The notes under the pieces were generated by a model that made no database searches, was not told where the DNA came from, and saw only the letters and a program-made list of their open reading frames with translations. Shown here one piece after another: positions 1 to 12,231 of a DNA stretch of 64,000 nucleotides. The DNA is from Oculina patagonica. Its lineage: Eukaryota. The first letter of the stretch is position 1, and each line of letters opens with the position of its first letter. The stretch is from positions 5,952,001 to 6,016,000 of the forward strand of contig NC_135767.1 of assembly GCF_052425735.1 (NCBI RefSeq), read 5' to 3'. Made by a program: the position numbers and the translations under genes.

Positions 1-112
1 GAATTACATCACAGAAATGTTCGTTCCTTCGCTGTATATCGAGGCGTTTCATCATTTCAGTGCAAAATGTATGTTCCTTGGAATCTGGGATCGGTTCAAG
101 TAGAGAATCCAT
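1..112 (-). CDS. 5' end of a BTB-BACK-Kelch (KLHL-like) paralog, truncated by the window edge
   Basis: Reverse complement from ATG at 112 reads MDSLLEPIPDSKEHTFCTEMMKRLDIQRRNEHFCDVI, near-identical to the N-termini of the other four paralogs. Not in the ORF track. Confidence 0.85.
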   Translation of the reverse strand, partial: MDSLLEPIPDSKEHTFCTEMMKRLDIQRRNEHFCDVI

Positions 113-3100
113 GGCCGGGATGATAGAATAAAGCTAAATCAACCGATCCACAACGCAGAAAATTTGGAAATGAAACCTACAGAAAACACGCGCCAAATGG
201 TAGGTACTTCATATACCCGCCAAATCCTATAAGCCGCTGTGCGTGCTAGAGCCCGCAGACAGAGTAGTTCCCAGTCTGTTAGCGCTTGCATCGATATTCT
301 TCACAACTTTTTCTTCCGAAAAATTTTCCTTTCGAATTCAATACAATTTGATTTGCAGGCGACATTTACGAAAGGGAATCTGAAAAAAATCGGAAAGTCT
401 TGTTATTGCGTTCGACGAAGGAGAACGCATACTAATCGCGTCGTTTGCCCGACGTCAGTCCCGCGGGTTCTATGGTTCAGTCCCGCGGGTATCGATCGCC
501 TGATGCCATAACCGTTTGAGACTTTTTGGACTGCTACAAGTGACCTCGACCTCATGCAGAGGGCCTCAATCTCATACATGTCAAAATGGCATCGAATTTG
601 CATTTTTTGTGTAAAAAAAAAATAATGCGTGAAACGTGTACCCGAAGTTAAAATAATACCAAAAATGTCATGGGAAGCATATCATCCAGGGAAGTAGAGT
701 TTAAGTCAGCCATCGAACTCGAAAAAGGTGGAAATCGAGTGAGTCATTTCGTGTGTCGCTTTGAAGTTTAGTACGTCCGCGCGAAAATCTTCCCACATTG
801 ACTTTTTTTGTAAAACTTTCACCGCTGTGAGATTATGAGTTACCCATGTCAGAAATGTAATAAAATTGGGGGTTACCGGCCATTTAAAAGCTGCAAGCGA
901 AGTTAACGCAACGGCGACCATCAGCGCGCGCTTAATTATTGCGACATGAATTACGTGCGCAGTAAGGATGCGCATAAACAACGTAGTTGTCCATGTTCTT
1001 CGATGTGCTTGTGTTCGCGTCTTTGGAGTTCAGTCGTGTAAAGTGGGCGAATAAAAGGCACACAAAATTGTCTCGAACGCACTCCGCTAATCCATGATTA
1101 TTACTAGTTATTACTTATATTTGAGACAATGACAAAGCCACATGTAGGCAACCCGATCTGAAACCCGACAGGGGAGGAAATCCAGGGGAGGAGAATGCCA
1201 TCTTTTCTTGGCGGGAAATTGCGTGGCAGCCCGCGTTTTTCTGGCGGGAAATCGCATCTCCATCGTCGCTTTTTATAGTGAGGTTTCTTAGCAAAACGAT
1301 TACTTCAAGAGAACATATAAACAGGCGTTTACATGGTAAAAATATATCTTATTTCTACTGTTATGTCAACAAACAATAGCGGAATTGATATAACGTGTGT
1401 TTAAGTGAAGAGCAACGGGAAAGAGAACGGCAGAGAGCGAGAATTAACAGGCCAAAGCGAGCCAGCGATAGAGAAAGGAGGCGAAATGCTAGCGATCAAC
1501 TCCGCAAAGCAGAGCGAGCAATATGAGCGAGGAACGTCGCAAAGCTGAGTGAGCCAGGAATAGAAAATGGAGACGAAATAGTGCTTGGGAGCGACACGAA
1601 GCGGAGCGAGTTACGGCTAGAGAAAACGGGCAAAAGAGAAGCAAGGATAAACGCGAACAAGAAATGCAAAAGCAAAGAGAACGGCTGCAGAACCACATGT
1701 TAGCTGCAGGTGAGTAAGTGCAATAAATCCAAGAGCGCGATGACCTTATTCCGATACCAGCGGTCTTGAAAAGGCTGCATCAATGCCTTCCTTGAAAGCT
1801 CAGGGTGATTCGTCTTCACGGAATCCGCCTGAGTATACACCTACGGAATTTTTTATATTCATCGGTTCCACCGCATTTTTGTCAGAATTGAAACAATGAG
1901 TCAGCACAAATTTTAAATCAATAATTAGAGTTTGGTGCACTTCTAGCATACGCTAGCTCGAAAGGGCAGCACAGTGTCAGGAAACGAGAAAATGAGATTT
2001 ATAACGGAAACGTACCTTGCCTCTGCGAAAGGAAAGATGAAATCTTTTTATACTGAGTCATCCTGACAAGGCTATTAACAACAAAAATGCGCTGTTTCGT
2101 TGACCTATCGCAACGTTAAGATTCCATGTCAACTCTCGTAAAAATTGCACACTCTTATCTCCTGCGCTTATTCACGACTGCTTTTTACTAAAACTGAAAA
2201 GATCCCCCCAGAAAAGGTGGAGGGGGGGGGGGGGCAAGGGGGCATTCACAAGGGCTTGTTAAAAGCTCGTTCGAGAAGACTCTTTCTACATTGCTTGATT
2301 AATGAAGTACGTAGAAAAACGACAAATCAGTTGGTTGAGATATACGGTTTACTCCAGATTTTATATCATGTATTCACAAACGCTTTTCGAGTCTCAGGAA
2401 TGCTGGAAATGGCGTTTAAGAGGGTGAAATTCTGAAGAGGGTCATGACCCGGGCTCAACTTAAAGCTCGCGTTTGCGCATTCTAGTCCCCAGAGGTGCTT
2501 GTCCCTCTTAGCTGGCTGATCCTAGCTGGACATACGGAACAGCCAATCAAATGAACCATTTTAAAATCCCCCTTGGTTAAACGAAACTGCCTTTGTTAAC
2601 ATCTAGCCAATCAAATCATGTGTCCCCAGAGCCACTTGTTTTTTTTTTCGCGAAGTTCGCAAAGAAAGTTGCAAATATTCGGAGAACTTCGAAGCAAGCT
2701 TAGAACGAAACGTAGAGCGAGCATAGAGACAGTGAAATGAAACAGAAATTGAGAAAGTCACAGTGAGTTTAGCGCTGTGCCAAAGTGTCTCTTCTGCGGA
2801 GCCTTCCCATATACTCCACCAACTATAGGGAGTTTAAATATTTTGTAAGGCCCTTTTTAAAACCGAAATAACAGTTTTCCCTACCCTTCTGTACACTTTG
2901 ACTTGTCAAATCCCTACTCTTTTATATACCTAGAGCCTGAAATAGGTACCCCTTTCAGGCAGAGTCTACCAGTAAAATCCACTATAGCGGTACCCCCTCT
3001 CCAGGGATCATAAGTTCAACACCCTAACCATCTGGCTGCCATATCTGGTCATATCTCCATCAAGAACCAAAAAAGCCAAGTTATTGAACACAAAAATTTT

Positions 3101-4074
3101 AAGTTAGCTACAAGTTCATCACTACAAGACATTGAATAAAACCTTAAGTGTATCGACACCAAACAGTATAACAATTTGTAGGAAGCTCTTAACTTTTACT
3201 TCAGCAAGCGAGTAAGGTCTTTTTATTATTTTACTTTTGTTCAAGTTGGCAGAGTGTACAGTTAAGTTTTTAGACTACAAGCCGTAAACCTTTGCTTGAA
3301 CAAGCGAATGCATATCATGTTACAGTTTACAACATGTATATACTGATCTCTAATCAAAAGCAGCAAGCTTTCGATTGTAAGGAAACAAACGAGTCAATTT
3401 TCTAATATTATATTTTATAGCCAGTTTGTAGATTTTCCTAGAGTAAGCGCCTTTAAACAGATTTAAAACAGACGTGTATGCACTGTGCATTCAGCTTTAT
3501 TATCTCAGAATTACTAGTTTCACGTTACCTTTACTCTCTATGGGCGGACACCTCTCTAAGACGGACAGTTGGAGCTGGACCCGCCAGTGTCCATCTTAAG
3601 GCCATGTTACACGAGGGAGGATTAAAAAACCATACCCTATCCGGCGGTACGTCCCCGTATAGGCCATATAGGGGAGTCCCCCCCGGGGCTTGTGTGCGCT
3701 TTAAAAAAAAAAAAAAAAAACCGCCAGCTACGCAGGCTACTAGAAATTATCATCCCGCGGTCGAAGGGCGCGCTCTGATTGATTCATTTTAATGAAATTG
3801 CATTGCAAGTTGCGATTGGCATGTTTCACGCAGCAACTTGTCTCGCGGCGTTGCGAAAAGTAGAGGATAGTTCTACTTTTCGTGCAACTTGCAACCCAAC
3901 ATTTTGTTCCATGCATAGCATGGGGTGTTCACACGCACAATGGAACAAATTGTATAATTGATGACTGCATACATAACGTACATACTGATTTCACGTGCTT
4001 GATTCACGCCATTTCCGATATTTTGCCATTTGCCAATCTCCTTTGTGTATTAGCTCTATTTCGTCAGCGTGACC

Positions 4075-5850
4075 ATGGATTCTCTACTTGAATCAATCCA
4101 AGACAATGAAGAGCATCCGTTTTGCACTGAAATGATGAAACGCCTCGATATACAGCGAAGAAACGAACATTTCTGTGATGCGATTCTAGAAGTTGGTTCT
4201 GGTGACGAACAAGCCTGTTTGAAAGCTCACAGAATCGTGTTATGTGCAGCAAGTCCGTTCTTTTACAAGGCTTTTAACAGTGACATGAAAGAGAAGAAAG
4301 AAGGAGTTGTTCGATTGAAAGAGACGAGCAAAGCTGTAATGGAGAAAGTCTTGGATTATCTGTACACAGGACATGTTGAGATTACTAAAGAGAATGCATA
4401 CGAGTTGTATGTACAAGCAGATTTTTTGCTGATTCCGAGTTTAAAAGCTTTGTCGAGCAAATTCCTTTTACAAACGCTGGACATTTCCAACTGTATCATG
4501 GCTGCTTATTTTGCCCTCAAATATCGCTGTGAAGATCTGTGGAACGGAGCGTGTGATGTGATTTTTGCCAACTTTGTTGCTGTGGCTGGAACTGAGGATT
4601 TTCTGAATCTGAGTGTTGAAGAAACCGAGACATGGTTTAGAGATGATGAAATCAATGTGAAAGAGGAAGAAGAGGTTTTCCGTGTGATTGTAAATTGGAT
4701 GGAGAAGAATCAACAATGCAAGGATGTAAATTTTTTGCAGTTATTACGTCATGTTCGTTGTATTTACGTGTCACGCAACTACGCATTCAATGTCATGTTG
4801 CAGCATCCACTAGTGAAGGCTAGTGCAGCATGTACAAAGTTCATATTAGATGCCATGAGTGAGGTATCTAATGGTACAGACAAGTGCTTTCTATCGCAGC
4901 CTGCAAGAAATTGTCTAAGGACCCATGAAGAAGCTATTGTTATTTGTGGGGCAAAGAGAACGGTGTGTTATCTTATTTTTGAAGATAAATTGTATGAACT
5001 GGCTGACATGCGATCAATACATAATTCTTACAGTTACACCATGAGTTCCCTTCACAATCATTTGTTTGTGGTTGGAGGTCGTAGTAGTCCAAGTAGCAGC
5101 ACTGCAGACTGCTATGACCCCTCACTTAACCGGTGGTCTCCCACAAAGCCCCCGGAAACAGTGGAGCATTGTGCAGGTATTGCTACACTTCAAGGCTTCT
5201 TGTATGTTGTTGGTGGAAAAGACAAGAAGGGGGAGCACCTTAACACTGTACAGAAGTACAATCGTGATACAAATCAGTGGCAGGAAGTCTCTCCCCTGAG
5301 TAGTCCCAGATCAAATGTTTGTGCAGTGGCCGATGGAAGCTATTTGTATGCTATTGGAGGCATCAGTGCAACAGGTGAATACCTGGACATTGTTGAAAGG
5401 TTTGATCCTAAAAAGAACACTTGGGATAAACTTCCTTCCACTCTTGAAAAGAGAGCATCTGCTGGTGGTGCAGCCAATAGACAAAAAGTGTTTGTATTTG
5501 GAGGCCTTCCTGTGGCTTCAACAGCTGGGGATCCCTGTGAAATGTATGATCCAGACACCAACTTGTGGAGTGTCATTGCAAATGATGTTGCACCAAGAAA
5601 CTTTGCAAGAGCTCTAAGTTTTCGAGAGGAAATATATGTCCTGGGCAAATTCCAAAATAAGCTTGATGGAGAAGAAAACTATATGTCACTACGTGCTTAT
5701 GACATTGATAAAAACACTTGGGATTGCTGTGTGTATTTAAAAGTAGAGGAGGGGGAAGCTTTCCACATTTCCACACTACGAGTATCAAAAGATGTTTTGT
5801 CTAAATGTGTGGAATTGATCAAGCCAAGCTGGCTCAAACTGAAATACTAG
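4075..5850 (+). CDS. Intronless BTB-BACK-Kelch protein (KLHL-like Cullin3 adaptor), intact
   Basis: BTB (FCD..L.V, LKAHRIVLCAASPFF, LDYLYTG), BACK (EEEVF..IVNW) and Kelch repeats (LYVVGG...YN...W, LYAIGG...FDP...W). ATG at 4075 chosen by alignment with paralogs. Confidence 0.93.
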   Translation: MDSLLESIQDNEEHPFCTEMMKRLDIQRRNEHFCDAILEVGSGDEQACLKAHRIVLCAASPFFYKAFNSDMKEKKEGVVRLKETSKAVMEKVLDYLYTGHVEITKENAYELYVQADFLLIPSLKALSSKFLLQTLDISNCIMAAYFALKYRCEDLWNGACDVIFANFVAVAGTEDFLNLSVEETETWFRDDEINVKEEEEVFRVIVNWMEKNQQCKDVNFLQLLRHVRCIYVSRNYAFNVMLQHPLVKASAACTKFILDAMSEVSNGTDKCFLSQPARNCLRTHEEAIVICGAKRTVCYLIFEDKLYELADMRSIHNSYSYTMSSLHNHLFVVGGRSSPSSSTADCYDPSLNRWSPTKPPETVEHCAGIATLQGFLYVVGGKDKKGEHLNTVQKYNRDTNQWQEVSPLSSPRSNVCAVADGSYLYAIGGISATGEYLDIVERFDPKKNTWDKLPSTLEKRASAGGAANRQKVFVFGGLPVASTAGDPCEMYDPDTNLWSVIANDVAPRNFARALSFREEIYVLGKFQNKLDGEENYMSLRAYDIDKNTWDCCVYLKVEEGEAFHISTLRVSKDVLSKCVELIKPSWLKLKY

Positions 5851-7645
5851 TAAAAATATTTGTTTATTATTTTGATGCACTATCAAATGCTGGCTTAGGC
5901 AAATCGCTCTCCTGTTTACAAGCCCTCCCTTGTTGTTGTGACATCTGTTCATTGTTGAAAAAAATATTATAGTTATCTTAAGGTTACTATTGTCAGCGGC
6001 TACTAATTACTTTTAGCGAGTTGGGCTAAAGTGTCTTATTTTAGTGATCGCTAAAATTTGTGCCAGTCAATTTATTGTTTCTTCAAGAAATTTAAGTACC
6101 TCCCCTCCCACCTCAAAGAGAAACAAAATAAGCATAGTCGATTTGATATATTTTTTTTAAAAGAGATTCCAGTAACTTGTTCTTTCCGGCAATGCAAATG
6201 TTCATTCAATATGAAGTGAGTTTGTTCTTGAACTGAACATTTATTTCCATCTTAGGTACATGTTCATTAAAATCTGGTTTACACAATATCACTAAATTAA
6301 ATAGTCACTAAATCATGCTCTAAAAAATCGCAAAAATTAATAGCTGCTAAAAATAGTAACCTTAAGGTACATGATAAGCCAGCCCCCAGCATATATGTCA
6401 TCCCCCTATCTAACTTTTCTCCATATGAACAGTGCCACTGGAGTAAGGGCGGTACCTTCTAAGGTAAAAAAAGCCAAACAATGACAGAAACTATCTGTAA
6501 CTTTGCCAATTTTAATTTAAAACTTTTTATTTTTGTCAAATACAGCATAAAACATAGAAAAATATTACACCCACACATCAAGATTTTGGTCCTGTTTAAA
6601 GGTCTTTTTCAAGATATCCGACACATACTCCGTCACTTTTAAAAGGGTACCTACCCCCTGGGGCTCAAAACTTGTTGTAAAGTTGTACACTTAAGGCCTT
6701 TAGCTGACATTTTATGGTATTTTGGTGACAGAAATGACATTATGGAACCTTAGCAATTAAGGTTTTAATGTATTTTAATAACATTTTACAGTAGAAATAA
6801 GGTTTCTGTTGGTCTGCTTTCATTTTTTAATTAATGGAAAAGTCATTTTTTGGGGAATTCTTGTGAACGAAGCAACTCCAGCATTTTAGATACATGCTTA
6901 TAACTTCAATCAGGTTGCAAAAAAAAAACCATGCAGATATTTCATTAGGTGATTAATTTTTCAGAATTTCGTTTTCATGAATATAAAGAGATGTTTTGAA
7001 AAAAATGCAAGGTTAAGTTTCATAGAATGATCTTTAATTATGATTTACAGGTTTTATCCCATGCACACCTGTATTTGAAATGTATTAGATCATGTAGATA
7101 TGTCAGTCCACAAATCAGCTTATAGTTGGCCAGTGCTTGAGGTTAAAGGGTAAGTTTGTTACATCCTTGGTATGCAAAAATAAAGCCATTGCACTCAATT
7201 GCTAAATAGCAGCACAAGGTACTTGTCTAATACACTTCTAACCTGTGAACGCAGACGCATTTCCAGCTGTCGCTGCTGGAAATGGGTCTGCGTTCGCAGG
7301 CTAATTCACCACTGGCACTAAACTGATCAGCTACGGGCACCTGACCAATATTTGAACAACACTTGACCAACATTCCACCCACATTGCCATGGGAACGGTT
7401 TTGCCAATAGACCTATTTTAATCAAAACTGACATTCCCCAGTTTAAAGTCTATTCAATCCCAAAAAGCAATGAGAAGGGTTAAGGTAATATCTGCACCAT
7501 GTGTGTTCCAAGCGGGACCCTCTGTCACACTTTAAAGGGTTGCAAATGGAGATATTTGGTAAATATCAGAAAGAGCCTGGATCAAAGAGTGTTGCCATGG
7601 TAACATCTGATCATAATAAGCCATCATGTTTCTTGTAATGGCAGT

Positions 7646-8190
7646 AATGCCTTTTTAAAAAAACCCTGCATAACAGTTCTCCCTACCCTTTTGTACAATC
7701 AAACCAATGAAATCCCTACCCTTTATGTACCTACAGCCTGTAAAAAGAACCCCTTTTGGGCGGAGCATCCCTATAATTATAGTCCACTAAAGGAAGTCAA
7801 GATATTTTGTAATGCCTTTTTAAAGAAACCTGCATAACAGTTCTCCCTACCCTTTTGTATACTTCAACCAATGAAATCCCTACCCTTTTATATACCTACA
7901 GCCTGTAAAAAGAACCCCTTTTGTGCAGAGCCTCCTTATAATAATTATAGTCCACTAAAGAAAGTTGATTTTGTAATGCCTTTAAAAAACCTGTATAAAA
8001 GTTCTCCCTACCCTTTTGTACACTCCAACCCATGATATCCCAACCCTTTTATATATTTACAGCTGGAAAAAGAACCCCTTTCAGCAGAACCTCCCAATAT
8101 AGCCTACTGTAGAGGTTACCCGCCCCCCTCCCCTGGGATCATGAGTTCAAAACACCAACTGTCTGGTTGCCACATCTGGTCACATCTCCC
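7646..8190. repeat. Three tandem copies of a ~160-bp repeat; a related single copy lies at ~2845-3060
   Basis: Unit taatgcctttttaaa..cctgcataacagttctccctacccttttgtac..aaaagaaccccttt recurs at ~7646, ~7810 and ~7974. Confidence 0.8.
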
Positions 8191-8851
8191 TTAAGAAGAA
8201 AACTGAAATTATGTTCATGTTGAAAGTTTCCTACCAAGGCTCATATGTGTCATAGACCTTACTGCTCTGCAAATGCTGAAAGAATTTTTTTTTCATAAAA
8301 TAAATGTATTTTTGCCACTTTGACTTTATTAATCAAACTAAACAAAATAAACAATAGTAAGTTGGATCTAAATAGCTTTTTTATGTACAGCAGTAATGAT
8401 TACCCCAAAATTCAAGTTATGAAACACTTACATATATTCTAAGTGCACTATAAGTTCATCAATACAAGACATTTAATGAAACTTTAAAATAATCAAACTC
8501 TACAATAATTATTCATTCACAGTCTGAAAGCCAAATGTTATGGTAATCACTATGCAAGCTTCCACAATAACAAGTAACCTCTGAGATTGGCGCCACAATT
8601 ACCTGGAGATTTCCAAAAATGTATTAAAATTATTGTTATATAGCTAGAAATTTTTTCCCAACAGCACGCGCTCTTAATGGCCATTTCAAGGTTGCATGAC
8701 ATCAAACAATAAAACTGTTTTTCTGCCAAAAGTCTCTGAGTGGGAAACAATCTATGATGTCAGAGGGAAACATTGCAATGAAGTCAGCAAATGTTGACCC
8801 GACAAGCGCCATTTTTCCAAGTCTTCGACGTGCTATTTAACAAAACACTCA

Positions 8852-8945
8852 ATGACTGATCCCTTGGGAAAACAGTTAATTTTGTTTCCCTCAAAAATTG
8901 AGTTTCTCGGGAAACAAAATTAACTGTTTCCCTCGGGAACAGTCA
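8852..8945. repeat. Short palindromic (hairpin) interspersed repeat
   Basis: tgactg..gggaaaacagttaattttgtttccc pairs with gggaaacaaaattaactgtttccc..cagtca. Confidence 0.7.
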
Positions 8946-8971
8946 TCAAGTATATATTGTTTCCAAATAAC

Positions 8972-9341
8972 ATTTGAGAAGAAAATTTAGTGATAAGAAA
9001 ATGGAGCAATGTTTCGATGACTCCATGTCGTCATTATCAAGTGAAATTAGAATACAGAGTTGAAGCTTATATAGTGATCAGAGAATGGAGTGAAAATATT
9101 TAGGGTGTGATAATCTATTAGCATAGTCAATTTTTACATAATCAGTTTCATCATCATGTCTCTTCGCACCAGTAGGCGCATAAGGCCGTGCATAAACAGT
9201 TTAGCACGGACGGAATCTGATTGTGTGTTAAGTTTCGTGTTCCTGATAAAAAACTCTGTATTCTAATTTAACTTGATAATGATGACAAGGAGTCATCGAA
9301 ACATCATTCCATTTTCTTATCGCTAATTTTTCTTCCCAAAT
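8972..9341. mobile_element. MITE-like element with ~90-bp imperfect terminal inverted repeats
   Basis: 8972-9061 (..tgtttcgatgactcc..cattatcaagtgaaattagaatacagagtt) is the reverse complement of 9252-9341. Confidence 0.65.
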
Positions 9342-9626
9342 ATATTGTTTCCTGCACAATATTCACATAATCCATTACTTTGTCCTCAGGGTTTTGTATT
9401 AAACAATTATTCACCAAAGTGGAGGTGAATAGTGGTAGATATTTACCTTGCCGCGATGCGGCGAGGTAAATATCCACCACATTCACCGACACTGAGGAGA
9501 ATAATAACTGTTCACTTTATTGTTAGTATATACCGCACAAGTTTATTAACTAGCAGACCAAATAACATCACTTTTGGTAAACAAAGCGACACGCAAAGGC
9601 AGTTTGTTTGTCTTTAGCTGCTTGGA

Positions 9627-10048
9627 GGAGGGGGACACCGCAAAAATAATACTCAAACACCCCATCACCGCAAGAAAATTCGGCGAAACACCGTCACCGC
9701 AATATAATTAAGTTACTTATGAATGAAAACGGCTTGCTATTTGCAGCTAAAGCATATTAATGATCAACTAGACGATATTTCACTGTATTTTGTTACAAAT
9801 AAACATGGTATATGCCGTATATGCTAGTATTATAAAGTCAATCCAACTATAAAAAACGGATTAACGAAGATAGCAGAGCTAAAGCTAGTTCTGCACGTGT
9901 CAGACAAGAAACTGTAACACCGCCAATAATTTCGTTTCACCGAACACCGTAGGTTTAAAAACACAAACATCGCACACCGCAGGGTTTGAGATCACCGCAA
10001 CACGGGATTTTATTCACCGCAACACCGCAAACACCCATGTCCCCCTCC
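9627..10048. mobile_element. MITE with perfect 11-bp TIR GGAGGGGGACA and 4-bp TSD TGGA, nested in another palindromic repeat
   Basis: tgga|GGAGGGGGACA...TGTCCCCCTCC|tgga; many subterminal CACCGCA motifs. Confidence 0.75.
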
Positions 10049-10242
10049 TGGAGGCAAATAGTACTTTGCTAATCACCTCCGAGTAAACCAATCAGCACAT
10101 GCGAAAAGCACTATTCAGTTGTGTGGTATATACTAATAAAATATAATATTTTGAGGTCAAACAATAATCTCATCAATTCACAGCTCTACTTTTTTTTGTA
10201 ATTCATGGTCTCCCAGGAGGACTGAGTATATATATACAGTGA

Positions 10243-12005
10243 TCATGGCGTCGCTCTTAAAACGACTTCCTTGCACTTACATGTAGCTAAAACATCTCTT
10301 GATATCCGTAAAGTAGAAATGTGGTAAAATTCCCCTTCATGCACATTATGAAGATTAAAATGTGTACAGTAATGCAATTCATGTTCATCAATGTCATACA
10401 CCTGCAGTGCCAAATTCTGTCCCCTTGGTTCATTTTGGAAAGCGCCAAAAACATATATTTTCCCTTGAAAACTAACTGCACTTGCACAGTTTCTTGGTGC
10501 AACAACACTTGGAATGCTACTCCACATGTTGGTGTCTGGATCATACATTTCACAGGGATCCCCAGCTGTTGAAGCCACAGGAAGGCCTCCAAACACAAAC
10601 ACTTTTTGTTTAATGGCTGCACCACCAGCAGATGCTCTCTTTGCAAGAGTCGAAGGAAGTTTCTCCCAAGTATTTTTTCTTGGATCAAATCTTTCAACAA
10701 TGTCCATAAATTCATCAGTTCCACCGAGACCTCCAACAGCATACAAACAGCTTCCAGTAGCTACTGCACACACATTTGATCTGGGACTACTAAGTGGAGA
10801 GACTTCCGCCACTGATTTGTATCGGGATTGTATTTCTGTACTGTGCTAATCTGGTTATATTTGTCCTTTCCACCAATAACATATAAGAAACCTTGCAGAG
10901 TGACAGCAGCTGTAAAGTACTTCACAACTTCAGGAGGCTTAGTGTAAGTCCACTGGTTATGTGATGGATCGTAGCACTCTGCGACCCTACCATTTGAATC
11001 CATACTTTGTCCAAAAAGGAACAATTTATTGTGAAAAGAACTCATGGTACATACAAGCGGACAATATGTGGATGGCATTCTAGCCAGAAAATACCACTTG
11101 TTTTCAGAAGGAAGATAGCACAATGTTTTCTTTCTTCCACAAGCAACTATAGCATTCTCATGGGTCTTCAGACAATCTCTTGGAGGCTGAGAAAAAAAGC
11201 ACTCGTCTGTACCATTAGATATGGCACTCATGGCATCTAATATTAACTTTGTACATGCTGCACTGGTATTGACCAGCGGATGCTGCAACATGACATTGAA
11301 CACATAGTTGCGTGACACATAAATACAACGAACATGACGTAACAACTGCAACAAATTAAGGTCTTTCCTATTCCTATCCATCCACTTTACAATCACTTGG
11401 AAAACTTCTTCTTCCTCTTCCACAATGATTTCATCACTTGAAATCCATTCCTCGATTTCTTTGCTGCTCAGATTCAGAAAGTCCTCAGTTCCAGACACAG
11501 CAACAAAGTTGGCAAAAATCACATCGCACGCTGCGTTCCACAGATCTTCACACCGATATTTAAGGGCAAAATAAGCAGCCATTATACAGTTGGAAACGTC
11601 CAGCGTTAGTGAAAGGAATTTGCTCGACAAAGCTTTTAAACTTGGAATCAGCAAAAAATCTGCTTGTACAAACAACTCGTATGCATTCTCTTTAGTAATC
11701 TCAACATGTCCTGTGTACAGATAATCCAAGACTTGTTCTATTACAGTTTTGCTCGACTCTTCCAATTGGATCACTCCTTCTTTCTTCTCTTTCATGTCAC
11801 TGTTAAAAGCCCTGTAAAAAAATGGACTCGCTGCACATAACACAATTCTGTGAGCTTTTAAACGAGCTTGATCGTCACCAGAGCCAACTTCTAGAATTGC
11901 ATCACAGAAATGTTCGTTCCTTCGCTGAATATCGAGGCGTTTCATCATTTCAGTACAAAATAAAAGTCCCTCACTGTTTGCGATTGGTTCAAGAAGAGAC
12001 TCCAT
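10243..12005 (-). pseudogene. BTB-BACK-Kelch paralog with a 1-bp deletion frameshift at ~10807
   Basis: ORFs 10761-12005 and 10243-10812 join into one KLHL protein. Paralogs read CAG TGG CAG GAA GTC TCT; here CAG TGG CG GAA GTC TCT. Confidence 0.85.
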
Positions 12006-12231
12006 CGACAGGCTGGCAAAAGCTAATACACAAGGGATAAAATTTGAAGTGAATCAAGCCCGCGAAATCAGTAGGTACGCTATGTATGGGATCACTAAGT
12101 ATATACATTGTTTAATTCTAGGTCAACGTTCATGAGAGATACATGAAGTAGCTACTGTGCCTCGTGGCGTCCTTTGCTTTGCGTCTTTGTCTTCTTTGTG
12201 AAAGGAACAGCTTTATTTCATCAAACTTACC

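Noticed and set aside
1360-1720. Purine-rich E/R-coding-like stretch ending in a GTGAGT donor-like site
   Set aside because: Interrupted by stops in the plus frames with no recognisable domain; probably a decayed repeat or exon that cannot be supported
7646-8190. CRISPR-like array
   Set aside because: Units are ~160-bp degenerate tandem copies without unique spacers; eukaryotic context and no cas genes
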